This document shows, piece after piece, positions 46,975 to 55,527 of a DNA stretch of 64,000 nt. The notes under the pieces were generated by a model, which ran no database searches, was not told the origin of the DNA, and saw only the letters and a list, made by a program, of their open reading frames with translations. Made by a program: the position numbers and the translations under genes. Numbering within the stretch: position 1 is the stretch's first letter; every line of letters begins with the position of its first letter. The DNA is from Flavobacteriales bacterium UBA3364 (GTDB lineage Bacteria; Bacteroidota; Bacteroidia; Flavobacteriales_F; PHOS-HE28), in NCBI GenBank assembly GCA_002360495.1, contig DEQO01000125.1, positions 8,751-72,750 of the forward strand, in the 5' to 3' direction.

Positions 46975-47654
46975 CAAGAAAGGAGCTTGAAGTGGATGGC
47001 GAGAGGCATCGAGATGAAGAGCAGGGAAATGACGGCACTGAAGGCCGCCCCAGTCATCTTGATGATCGGGTTGTAGCGCTTGTGGTTGATGCCCAGGCTT
47101 TGGAAGGCGCTGGCGAAGCCGTGCAGCAGGTGCCAGTACAGGCTGATGCACCCCAGCACGTACAGCACCACGGGCACGGGGCTTTCGAACACACGCACCA
47201 TCTCGATGTACAGGTCGTGGTGGCCGGGCATGCCCGCGATCTCGTCGAGACCCGTGATGCGGCTGGGCACCCAGAAGTGCCAGAGGTGCATGATGAGGAA
47301 GAGTAAAAGCAAGGTACCCAGGATACCCATGCTGGCGCTGTACCAGGTACGGTTGGCGCTGCCTTTTTCAGCGGCGTACTTAACGGGCCGTGCCGTGCGG
47401 TTCTGGCTCCAGAGCATCAAGCCATCCACGATGTGGGCGATGAGTCCAAGGAAGAGGACGATCTCGGCCGTGCGGATGAGGACGTTGGTCCCCATGAAGT
47501 GCGCCCACTTGTTGAAGGTGACGCCGCCGTCGTTCCAGAAGATCTGGGCGTTGATGGCGGCATGCACCACCAGGAAGCTGATCAGGAACAGCCCCGTGAG
47601 GGCCATCCAGAACTTCTTGACGAGGGAGGATCCGAAGAGACCTTGACGTGCCAT
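46974..47654 (-). CDS. sdhC: Succinate dehydrogenase cytochrome b subunit (b558-type, five-TM family)
   Basis: 226 aa and polytopic, with conserved His residues. It is first in the sdhCAB order. Its stop overlaps the sdhA start by 1 nt. Confidence 0.88.
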   Translation of the reverse strand: MARQGLFGSSLVKKFWMALTGLFLISFLVVHAAINAQIFWNDGGVTFNKWAHFMGTNVLIRTAEIVLFLGLIAHIVDGLMLWSQNRTARPVKYAAEKGSANRTWYSASMGILGTLLLLFLIMHLWHFWVPSRITGLDEIAGMPGHHDLYIEMVRVFESPVPVVLYVLGCISLYWHLLHGFASAFQSLGINHKRYNPIIKMTGAAFSAVISLLFISMPLAIHFKLLS

Positions 47655-47708
47655 GCGGTCGGTTGGATGATGAACTTCCTTAGCAGGAAGGGGGCTTTAG
47701 AATGGCAA

Positions 47709-47716
47709 CAAAAGTA
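47709..47716 (-). promoter_or_regulatory. Candidate -7 box TACTTTTG (minus strand) for sdhCAB
   Basis: Perfect TAnnTTTG 55 nt upstream of the sdhC ATG. The hairpin CTTCCT-tagc-AGGAAG (47675-47690) lies in the putative leader. Confidence 0.4.
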
Positions 47717-47874
47717 GACCCCGCGCGGTTCGCAGCAAGTACGACCATCAGACCGCGTCAACACCCTTTTCCACAAGGCATCGGAATCCGTACTAGGCTG
47801 AACCCCAGCAACTACAGGCCGTTCGGCCATCCGCTTTCCAGCCAGCTCGACCGCCACGGGCCTTCAAGCAGCCT

Positions 47875-48294
47875 TCACTGTGGCCAGGCCTTGCGGGTCG
47901 CCGCGATCGACTTCTTCAGCAAGGTCTTCAGCACTTTCAGGTCGATATCGGATAGGCGCTTCACATACAGGCAACCCTTGGTGGCCCTGTGCCTGCCCAG
48001 CTTGGCGAGCGGTCCAGCCTGAAGCACTTCGGCACCCAGGTAGATCACCAGTTCCGTCTTCCGTGGGCTGAAGGCCGCCAGCGGCGCGCTGCCCGAATGG
48101 CCGCTGGCGTAGATGTAGTGGTAGGTGCCGAAGCCGATGATGCTCGGCCCGTACATGTGCGGCTCCTCGCCGGTCAAATCCTGCATCATCGCCATCAGCA
48201 CACGGCTATCGTCGCGCATCCCTTCCTTGGGGTGCTTGTCAACGAAGGCGGTTACACTGGCGGTGGTGGCTTTGGTCTTGTTGGGTTTGGGCAT
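47875..48294 (-). CDS. DUF1801 (YdhG-like) domain protein
   Basis: I trimmed the start to MPKPNKTKATTASVTAFVDKHP. It contains ...GPSIIGFGTYHY...LVIYLG...GCLYVKRLSDIDLKVL. Confidence 0.72.
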   Translation of the reverse strand: MPKPNKTKATTASVTAFVDKHPKEGMRDDSRVLMAMMQDLTGEEPHMYGPSIIGFGTYHYIYASGHSGSAPLAAFSPRKTELVIYLGAEVLQAGPLAKLGRHRATKGCLYVKRLSDIDLKVLKTLLKKSIAATRKAWPQ

Positions 48295-48358
48295 GCGGAG
48301 AACGGAGACCACGAAGATGGCGCCACCGGAGCGATCTTCGACGCTCCACTCAAGCCCA

Positions 48359-49159
48359 ATGGGCATGCGACTAACAGCTATCCACCGGTCGATCGATGCG
48401 GGATTGGCGTTACTGACACGCGAACTCGGGTACTCGTTGGTCAAGGTTGATGTGGATCCTGAATTGACCGGCGAGAACCTCTTGGTCTTTCGTAATGATC
48501 GAGCAGAAAAGCAATTGGAGATCTCGGCCGACGAGGGCTACTTCCACTGTGAGATACGGCGCTTGGTGAGCGGGCGCCCGGTTCCATACACCGACAAGGA
48601 CAACTGTATAGGCTTTGAAGACCTCGCCACACTGGAGAGCAATGGCACCCACGATCACATAGCCTATTTCGCAGGTGGGGAGCGCCGAATGAAAGGTGTG
48701 CTCACGACAACCGCTTCCTTGTTCGACCGGCATCGTGACTTTCTTTCAACAGGCGCTTGGGTGGACATCCGACGTTTGGCGGAAATCCATCGTGCCGGAC
48801 TGGAACGGATTCTCAAACGACCATTGAACGAGGAGCATGAGCATAAGGAATCATTCTTTGAACACCTTAGACAAGCTGGGTCTGATATGCTATTGCCTCA
48901 AGGGTACAGCCTCGTTTTCGATAACAAGACCCTGCCCCCCTACCATGGTAGACGCCGACCGGACTGCGTCTCGTTCGAAAAGGACGACACACTCATCGAG
49001 ATGTTCCAGGAGGATTGGCGCGACACATGCCACATCTACCACATCCAAATACAAGGAACGACCGTTGCGCGTATCGACGATACCGACGGCCGCACGAACG
49101 AGGAACGGGTCAATGACGCGATCTCGAAGCTGAAGGCCGCGCTTTCGCGGGAGGGATAG
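48359..49159 (+). CDS. Hypothetical protein (about 266 aa), compositionally atypical
   Basis: Long clean ORF in a visibly lower-GC stretch. The start is at ATG 48359 or 48365, because the first 78 codons of the track ORF are antisense to the DUF1801 gene. No family recognised. Confidence 0.65.
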   Translation: MGMRLTAIHRSIDAGLALLTRELGYSLVKVDVDPELTGENLLVFRNDRAEKQLEISADEGYFHCEIRRLVSGRPVPYTDKDNCIGFEDLATLESNGTHDHIAYFAGGERRMKGVLTTTASLFDRHRDFLSTGAWVDIRRLAEIHRAGLERILKRPLNEEHEHKESFFEHLRQAGSDMLLPQGYSLVFDNKTLPPYHGRRRPDCVSFEKDDTLIEMFQEDWRDTCHIYHIQIQGTTVARIDDTDGRTNEERVNDAISKLKAALSREG

Positions 49160-49319
49160 CAGCAAATAGCCCACAGCGAGGCTTTGCCATGGAGGACTAC
49201 TGGCCCGGGTCAAGCCCGGACTGAACTCCTGGCCCGACCCGAGGCATTGTGAGGGGCACGCCCAAAACCATCGGATACCCTTTCACGCTCGCACCCTCCC
49301 ACCCTTCTACCTTCGCTCC

Positions 49320-49547
49320 ATGCGAATCGTCCTTTCGCTCATTCTCGTGATCCTTGGTGCTTTGCTGGCACTGCCTCTGTTACGCATCGCCAACATGCTT
49401 GCCAGTTCGGGAACATCGGACGCCAGCGCCGTTTCAACAAGCTCTGGGTTGCTCATCCAAGGGGGCATTGGGATCTTGCTCACGATCGCCGGTCTTGTAC
49501 TATTCATCGCACGGATCATACGGCGTGGCACTGCGCGCACCGCATAG
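49320..49547 (+). CDS. Small membrane protein (75 aa, two predicted TM helices)
   Basis: Hydrophobic segments IVLSLILVILGALLALPLL and GGIGILLTIAGLVLFIA, then a basic tail. Confidence 0.5.
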   Translation: MRIVLSLILVILGALLALPLLRIANMLASSGTSDASAVSTSSGLLIQGGIGILLTIAGLVLFIARIIRRGTARTA

Positions 49548-49589
49548 CACACGCTCACCCTCCTACCTTCGCTGCTCGCACCTACGATC

Positions 49590-50894
49590 ATGCGCTACAC
49601 CCCCCTCACCGCTACCACCTACCGCGAGCACCGCCTCCGTTTCCGCCAAGCCATGGAGAAAGGCGGCCTGGCCGTGTTCCACAGCAACGACATCATGCCC
49701 ACCAGCGCCGATGGGCACATGCCGTTCAAGCAGGCCAGCGACATTTTCTACCTCAGCGGCATCGACCAAGAGGAGACGATCCTGCTGCTCTTCCCCGATG
49801 CGGTGGATCCGAAGGACCGCGAGATCCTCTTCGTGCGCGAGACGAGCGAGCTGATCGCGATCTGGGAAGGCGCCAAGTTCAGCCAGAAGGAAGCGAGCGA
49901 ACTGAGCGGCATCGCCACGGTGCTATGGACCACGAGCTACGAGGCAACGATCAAGCGCCTGGTGCCGCAGTGCGAGCATCTGTATCTGAACAGCAACGAG
50001 CACCTGCGCCAGAGCAACGAAGTGGAAACGCGCGAAGAGCGAAAGAACAAGGAGACGCGCGCGCAGTTCCCGCTGCACAGCGTGAAGCGCAGCGCGCCGA
50101 TCATGCACCGCATCCGCAGCCGCAAGACGAAGGAGGAGGTGGCACAGATCCAGCGCGCGATCGCGATCACGGGCAAGGCCTTTCAACGCGTGTGCGGTTT
50201 CGTGAAGCCCGGCGTGAAGGAGTACGAGATCGAAGCGGAGATCACGCATGAATTCGTGCGCAACGGCTCGCGCGGACATGCCTACACGCCGATCATCGCC
50301 AGCGGCTACAACGCCTGCGTGCTGCACTACATCACCAACGACATGGTGTGCAACGACGGTGATGTGATCCTGATGGACTTCGGATGCGAGTACGGCGGCT
50401 ACGCGAGCGATCTCACACGGTGCATCCCTGTGAACGGGCGTTTCACCGACCGCCAGCGCGCGGTGTACAACGCGGTGCTGCGCGTGAAGAACGAGGCAAC
50501 GCAACTGCTGCGCCCAGGCACGCTGCTCGCCGACTACCACAAGGAGGTGGGCAAGATCATGGAGAGCGAGTTGATCGGCCTGGGGCTGCTGGACAAGACC
50601 GACGTGGCCAAGCAGGATCCCGAGCGGCCGTTGTACAAGAAGTACTTCATGCACGGCACCAGCCACTTCCTGGGCCTGGATGTGCACGACGTGGGTCTGT
50701 GGAATGAGATGATCCAGCCCGACATGGTCTTCACCGTGGAGCCGGGCATCTACATTCGCGAGGAGAAGCTGGGCATCCGCCTGGAGAACGACATTTTGGT
50801 GACGCGCGACAACCCGATCGACCTGTTCGCCGACATCCCTGTGGAGGCGGAGGCGGTGGAGGAGATGATGAATGCGAAGAACGTGGTGGCGTGA
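49590..50894 (+). CDS. pepP: Xaa-Pro aminopeptidase (M24B)
   Basis: 434 aa, with metal ligands in the contexts DFGCEYGGYASDLTR, HGTSHFLGLDVHD and EPGIY...GIRLEND. Confidence 0.93.
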   Translation: MRYTPLTATTYREHRLRFRQAMEKGGLAVFHSNDIMPTSADGHMPFKQASDIFYLSGIDQEETILLLFPDAVDPKDREILFVRETSELIAIWEGAKFSQKEASELSGIATVLWTTSYEATIKRLVPQCEHLYLNSNEHLRQSNEVETREERKNKETRAQFPLHSVKRSAPIMHRIRSRKTKEEVAQIQRAIAITGKAFQRVCGFVKPGVKEYEIEAEITHEFVRNGSRGHAYTPIIASGYNACVLHYITNDMVCNDGDVILMDFGCEYGGYASDLTRCIPVNGRFTDRQRAVYNAVLRVKNEATQLLRPGTLLADYHKEVGKIMESELIGLGLLDKTDVAKQDPERPLYKKYFMHGTSHFLGLDVHDVGLWNEMIQPDMVFTVEPGIYIREEKLGIRLENDILVTRDNPIDLFADIPVEAEAVEEMMNAKNVVA

Positions 50895-51217
50895 GCGCTC
50901 CGTCACTGCTTCGCGTCATCCGCATCCTTGGCCGCACGTTGCAGTCGTTACAAGTGGGGCTCCTGCTGTACCTCGCATACCACATCGTGGAGGCCTATAC
51001 CGTGCCTTACCAGAGTGAGTGGCTCACGGCCGATGCCCTTGTGCCCGGAATGATCCTGGGGATCCTGCTCTACGCCTTCTGCTTCTTGGCGACACAATGG
51101 GTGATCATGTTCGCCCGCCACCGCATGGCCACGCTGTGGTTGGTTCCTATCGCCGTACCGACGCTCGCTCCCTACGCGATGCTCCTGCTGGAGCCGAAGG
51201 GGTGGATGGGGACCTGA
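50891..51217 (+). CDS. Hypothetical membrane protein (108 aa)
   Basis: The GTG start overlaps the pepP stop (GTGA). It has high third-position GC and three hydrophobic segments. Confidence 0.65.
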   Translation: MSAPSLLRVIRILGRTLQSLQVGLLLYLAYHIVEAYTVPYQSEWLTADALVPGMILGILLYAFCFLATQWVIMFARHRMATLWLVPIAVPTLAPYAMLLLEPKGWMGT

Positions 51218-51231
51218 GCATGGCCCGCGGT

Positions 51232-51285
51232 AATGGACGCCGATGGACGCGAATGGCGGACCATCCGCGTCCATCCGTGTCCATT
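51232..51285. repeat. 54-nt near-perfect palindrome whose arms are three 10-nt tandem units
   Basis: Left arm AATGGACGCCGATGGACGCGAATG (51232-51255), 6-nt spacer, right arm CATCCGCGTCCATCCGTGTCCATT (51262-51285). 22 of 24 positions pair, including one G-T. Confidence 0.85.
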
Positions 51286-51380
51286 GGGAAGTTGCGCAAG
51301 CCCGGGGTATGCCTTGTGGCCAAAGGACCCAGCGTTACGAAGGCGCCCCCCCCGGCATTCATCCACCAAACACCATTCCC

Positions 51381-51713
51381 ATGCGCACCATCCGTTCCGT
51401 TGCCATCGCTGGTTACATCCTTGGCATCCTGTTCAAGATCCTGCACTGGCCGGGTGCTAGCTTCATATTACCAATAGGTGGCGTGCTCACCGTCGCCATG
51501 CTCGCTCCCCTACTGTTCCGCAAGCCCGGTCCATTGACGGTGCAATTGAACTACCCGGCCTTGCTGATCGGGGCGCTGATGGCGGTCATCATCGGTGGCC
51601 TGCTCAAGATCATGCACTGGCCCGGGGCGAACTTCATGCTGCTGGTGGGGCTCTCGGTGTGCGCAGCGTGGTTCCTGATCCCCGCTCGCCGCGAGCAGGC
51701 AACCACCGTGTAG
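51381..51713 (+). CDS. Small membrane protein with a duplicated KI(L/M)HWPGA motif (110 aa)
   Basis: I trimmed the start to MRTIRSVAIAGYILGILFKILHWPGASF. A second copy reads GGLLKIMHWPGANF. Four hydrophobic helices. Confidence 0.7.
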   Translation: MRTIRSVAIAGYILGILFKILHWPGASFILPIGGVLTVAMLAPLLFRKPGPLTVQLNYPALLIGALMAVIIGGLLKIMHWPGANFMLLVGLSVCAAWFLIPARREQATTV

Positions 51714-51733
51714 AAGGCGATCTGCTGAAGACA

Positions 51734-51768
51734 CAGGAAGCCCCGCGAGATGCTCAAGGGGCTTCCTG
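51734..51768. terminator. Bidirectional hairpin between convergent genes
   Basis: CAGGAAGCCCC-(13 nt)-GGGGCTTCCTG, an 11-bp perfect stem. Confidence 0.6.
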
Positions 51769-51786
51769 CACAGGATCCCTGGTGCG

Positions 51787-53721
51787 CTATTCTTTCACGA
51801 CCCGCGCCACCTGTTCGCCGATCCTTACGAGGTAAATCCCTCGCGCCAATGTCCCGACATTCAGCATGCCATGTTCCAGGGCATCCATCGGGAAAGGGAC
51901 ACGGCCACCGCTCTCGTTGAAAACCTCCACCGCGGCTGCCCCACTTCCATTTTCCAGTCCTGCAATGCGCACGACATCGCGAGCTGGGTTCGGGTATACG
52001 GTAACGCTTCGCTCCTTGCCGAGGGTCACCGCTCGAACCTCCGAATACTCGAAAGTCCCATCCGCATCCACTTGTACAAGGCGGTAGTAGCTCGTTCCCG
52101 GATAGGCCGATCCATCGAAGAACGCGTAGTCATTCCGGGTGGAAGAACTACCGCTTCCGTCCAATTGACCGATGGTCCCGAACTCCACACCGTCCACACT
52201 GCGCTGCACTTCGAAGCGGTCATTATCGGTCTCGCTGGCGGTGGCCCATGTGAGCTGGACACCACCTGATCCTTCCGGTGCAGCTGTGAAAAAGAGCATC
52301 TCAATGGGCAGGGGCGTGCTCTGGAAATTGGCCGTCCCGAGCGTGAAGTACGGTGAGGCGGCGCTCAGGGTAACACCCGCGAACTCGACGCGCGTACCGT
52401 CCAGCACCGCACCGCTGATCACCGTGGCATTCGACCAGTTCGAGCCGTCGTTGTCCACCAGCAGCCGCAGGTTGGTCAATGGGGTGTATGCCACGATGGA
52501 CGAGGTCTCGAAAGCAATGGTTACGGTCTGGCTGAAGTTCGTGACCTGCGCTTTCCAATTGCGGAGGATCTTGGCCTGAACACCGGAGGGCATGTTCGTG
52601 AAGCAGGCCGGATCGTTGAACACCGTGTTCTGAGCGGCACCATTGTTCCCCCACATCACGAAGGAATTGTTCGATGTGAAGTTGTTCGTGTTGGCCGTAT
52701 TGCTCGCATCGATGCTCACCAATCCAATGGACACGGATTCGTTGTTGTTCACACTGATGGATTGACGCTGGACGAGGGCGCTCCCATCATCCCGGCCGAT
52801 GCCTGCAATGTCGTTGTTGTAGCCCGCATTAGCGGTCTTGTCCCAGATCGTCGCACCGGACGAGTTCACGTAATTGTAGCTGGCACCCGTACCTGAATTG
52901 CCGCCGCGCGTGATCCCGTATTTCAAGGCCAGGTAGGACTCCACACGAGCCACTTCGGCCGCTGAGAGCGCACTGTTGTAGATGATGATCTCGCCCATAT
53001 CACAATCCACGTACTCCGATCCGCCACCAGACGCGTTGCGCCCGACCCGGAGCCCGGTCGTGACAGCTGGATTGTAAAGCGGCAGATTGCAGTTCGAGCA
53101 TCCGAATGAAACCGAGTTGCGACGGTGAACTGCTGTTGCACCAAGCCCGGTCACGGATAGCAATGAAGCGGACGTGATGGCGTATTCGGAAGGTGCCGAC
53201 CAATCCCCGGTGTAACCGTTCACTCCGGTCGAGGTCTGGATCCGGAATGACGGTTTGAACTGTAACCGTTGGGTCGACGTATTGGATGAATAGGTCAATG
53301 CCGTTCCCTGGCCAACCCCGGAGTTCTGGTCGGTCACCATGAAAAGCGACCCCGTGGTGCCGTAGAGATCGGGCGAGGTGCCGGTATTCTGCAATCTGGT
53401 GAAGCTCGACGCAGTGAAGTCGATCCGCGGATTGTAGTTGTACCGCTTATAGTTCGTGCTACCCGCGATCAGGTTGGGGCTCGTGGCTGCGGAAGTCGGC
53501 GTAAGGTTGAAGCCTGCCGCACTGCCGCCGCTCGTGTTCCAGGCTGTTATCGGCGTGGTCCCCGATACGCTCAGGTTCGCCTTGTACCACACCGTGAGTC
53601 CGGTGGATACCCCCCCGGGGGATTGGGCCTGGCCGCTCATTGAAAGCGACAACACCGTCCAACATGAAAGGATCGATCGCGCTGTTGTACAGAGCCACGG
53701 ACGCAGGGATGGATGTATCAT
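51787..53721 (-). CDS. Secreted LamG/concanavalin-like protein with T9SS type A C-terminal sorting domain
   Basis: Signal peptide ending MSGQAQS. Motif GEIIIYNSALSAAEVARVESYLALKYGIT. An Fn3-like segment (VQLTWATASETDNDRFEVQRS). The C-terminus is VYPNPARDVVRI...GIYLVRI. Confidence 0.85.
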   Translation of the reverse strand: MIHPSLRPWLCTTARSILSCWTVLSLSMSGQAQSPGGVSTGLTVWYKANLSVSGTTPITAWNTSGGSAAGFNLTPTSAATSPNLIAGSTNYKRYNYNPRIDFTASSFTRLQNTGTSPDLYGTTGSLFMVTDQNSGVGQGTALTYSSNTSTQRLQFKPSFRIQTSTGVNGYTGDWSAPSEYAITSASLLSVTGLGATAVHRRNSVSFGCSNCNLPLYNPAVTTGLRVGRNASGGGSEYVDCDMGEIIIYNSALSAAEVARVESYLALKYGITRGGNSGTGASYNYVNSSGATIWDKTANAGYNNDIAGIGRDDGSALVQRQSISVNNNESVSIGLVSIDASNTANTNNFTSNNSFVMWGNNGAAQNTVFNDPACFTNMPSGVQAKILRNWKAQVTNFSQTVTIAFETSSIVAYTPLTNLRLLVDNDGSNWSNATVISGAVLDGTRVEFAGVTLSAASPYFTLGTANFQSTPLPIEMLFFTAAPEGSGGVQLTWATASETDNDRFEVQRSVDGVEFGTIGQLDGSGSSSTRNDYAFFDGSAYPGTSYYRLVQVDADGTFEYSEVRAVTLGKERSVTVYPNPARDVVRIAGLENGSGAAAVEVFNESGGRVPFPMDALEHGMLNVGTLARGIYLVRIGEQVARVVKE

Positions 53722-54035
53722 CTCGGCCCCTGAAACGCGCCCTTGATGCCCGGGGTTTCCAATTCCTACGACAGATCATCGAGGACGGACCGCGGGACCG
53801 GTAAAAGCGCGACGGATCGGCCCAGGTTCTTGTTCTATCCTCAAGCCATCCACCGTGTCATTGGCCTCGACCCCACTTCGCACAGTTATCCGATCGATCC
53901 GCTCGTGGACGAACTGGACAGCACCGGATCGCATGGTCCGTTCGACGAGGAACCGCAGATCCTTTCCATCCTGTGGAACGAAGGGCACGACCGTACTTGG
54001 ATCGCTCGAAGCCCTGGGAGAGCCTGTACGTCGGA

Positions 54036-54293
54036 TCAGGAAGCTCTCCGTAGCTGGAACGGCTTCACTGTGGAGACCTCCCCATCCAACACCATCAAGT
54101 AGTACTCCTCACCATCCAGGTCAGTGATGCGCACACGGGTAACGGGGCCGCTCACTTCGCCGGTCTTGACGATGTGGCCCTGGCTGTCGCAGATGTCGAA
54201 CAGCGCTTCCCTGGAGCCGGGCTCGTAATCGAACATCAAGAGGCGTTCGATCTGGTCGATGCGCACGCGTATGTGGTTCGTTACTTCAGGCAT
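54036..54293 (-). CDS. Hypothetical small protein (85 aa) resembling a stand-alone T9SS-type beta-sandwich
   Basis: High third-position GC supports coding. There is no signal peptide. The pattern LFDICDSQGHIVKTGEV...VRITDLDGEEYYLMVL resembles type A sorting domains. Confidence 0.5.
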   Translation of the reverse strand: MPEVTNHIRVRIDQIERLLMFDYEPGSREALFDICDSQGHIVKTGEVSGPVTRVRITDLDGEEYYLMVLDGEVSTVKPFQLRRAS

Positions 54294-54769
54294 GGTCTTT
54301 CGAGTTACGCCGTTCTACGGATTTGACCCCGAAGAGGTTGCAACGTAAGAGCCCGGCCTACCTCACGGTCGACCGGGCCCTACCACCAAACCATCACCAA
54401 AACCACCCCGCCCTCGCGGGGGAACCACCACCAATGGGCTTCAACTGCCCTGATCGTTGAAGATCCACAGCCCGGGATAGGAACCATGGACCGAAGTCGT
54501 TGTGTTCATCGCAACAAGGGGTTTTGATCGTTCGCACCACCAAACTACCAGCGCATGGGCCGTTGGAAAAGGGACGAACGAGCAACGGAGGCTGGCCGAT
54601 AGGGAGCGGTCGAACGGAACGGGAAACTCCGGACCCGCTCTGTGCAGCACGATGCTGCGCGCCGAAACGCCGAATTGACGCATTTCCGTTCTCCCGATCG
54701 GACACGCCGTTCACCGGTCCGTGCTGTCCGCTGCCTGCGCATAGCCTATTTTTCGGCAAACGAAACACC

Positions 54770-55522
54770 ATGGCCCTGCGCGCACTGATCGTGGACGATG
54801 AAGCGGATGCACGGGACAACCTGCGCCTGATGTTGGAGGAGCATTGTCCCGAGGTACAGATCGTGGGGCAGGCGGGTAGTGCGCCTGAAGCGAGAGAGAA
54901 GATCCAGGCCGTTCAACCGAACGCGCTGTTCCTGGATATCAAGATGCCCGGCGAGGATGGTTTCGCGCTTCTTGCATCCATCGCCGAACTCGACCTTCCA
55001 GTGGTGTTCACCACCGCCTATGACGATTATGCCTTGAAGGCCTTTCAGCAGAACGCGTTGGATTACTTGGAGAAACCCATCGATGTGGATGCGTTGATGC
55101 GCGCGGTGAAGAAGCTGCACAAGCTTTCGGATGAATTGGGCGGCACCACACCTTCAGCCATCGCGGCCTTGATGAAGGACCCTGCTTCACCGCTGAGTTC
55201 GCGCGTCGCAGTGCCTGGCCGTGAAGGACTGGTGCTGTTGAAACACGAGGACATCCTCTACTTGGAGGCGAACGACAGCTATACGACCATCCACCTGAAG
55301 GATGGCAAACGCTCCGTGAGCAGCAAGCACATCCGGGTCTTCGAAACGAACCTCGACCCGAAGACCTTCTTCCGCGTACACAAATCGTACATCATCAACC
55401 TGGCGCACCTGAAGGGCTTCAACCGCACGGAAGGGAACATGGCGGTCCTGGACACCGGGGCGTTGATACCCGTTTCCCGTCGCAGGCTTCCAGATTTCCT
55501 AGGACTGATCAATACGTTCTGA
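54770..55522 (+). CDS. LytTR-family two-component response regulator
   Basis: I trimmed the start to MALRALIVDDEADARDNL. Receiver motifs FLDIKMPGEDGF. The C-terminal LytTR domain reads ILYLEANDSYTTIHL...FFRVHKSYIINL. Confidence 0.93.
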   Translation: MALRALIVDDEADARDNLRLMLEEHCPEVQIVGQAGSAPEAREKIQAVQPNALFLDIKMPGEDGFALLASIAELDLPVVFTTAYDDYALKAFQQNALDYLEKPIDVDALMRAVKKLHKLSDELGGTTPSAIAALMKDPASPLSSRVAVPGREGLVLLKHEDILYLEANDSYTTIHLKDGKRSVSSKHIRVFETNLDPKTFFRVHKSYIINLAHLKGFNRTEGNMAVLDTGALIPVSRRRLPDFLGLINTF

Positions 55523-55527
55523 GGATC

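Noticed and set aside
44959-47151. N-terminal extensions offered by the ORF track: sdhA from 47151, SOD from 14339, response regulator from 54500, the 26160 ORF, SBP from 29086, OMP from 28866, adhesin from 36515, aminotransferase from 43624, thiL from 61655, DUF4270 from 18757, DUF1801 from 48444.
   Set aside because: The extensions overlap neighbouring genes or are Arg/Pro-rich. Internal Met codons give canonical N-termini (signal peptides, lipoboxes or conserved family starts) and sensible intergenic spacing.
54573-54617. AlgR/LytTR-like CCGTTCG words: GACGAACGA at 54573 and GTCGAACGG at 54609. CCGTTGG/CCGTTCG/CCGTTGG also occur at 9758-9785.
   Set aside because: A 7-mer is expected several times by chance in 64 kb of GC-rich DNA on two strands. 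The spacing (36 nt) does not match known LytTR direct-repeat geometry, and the AlgR consensus comes from a distant phylum.
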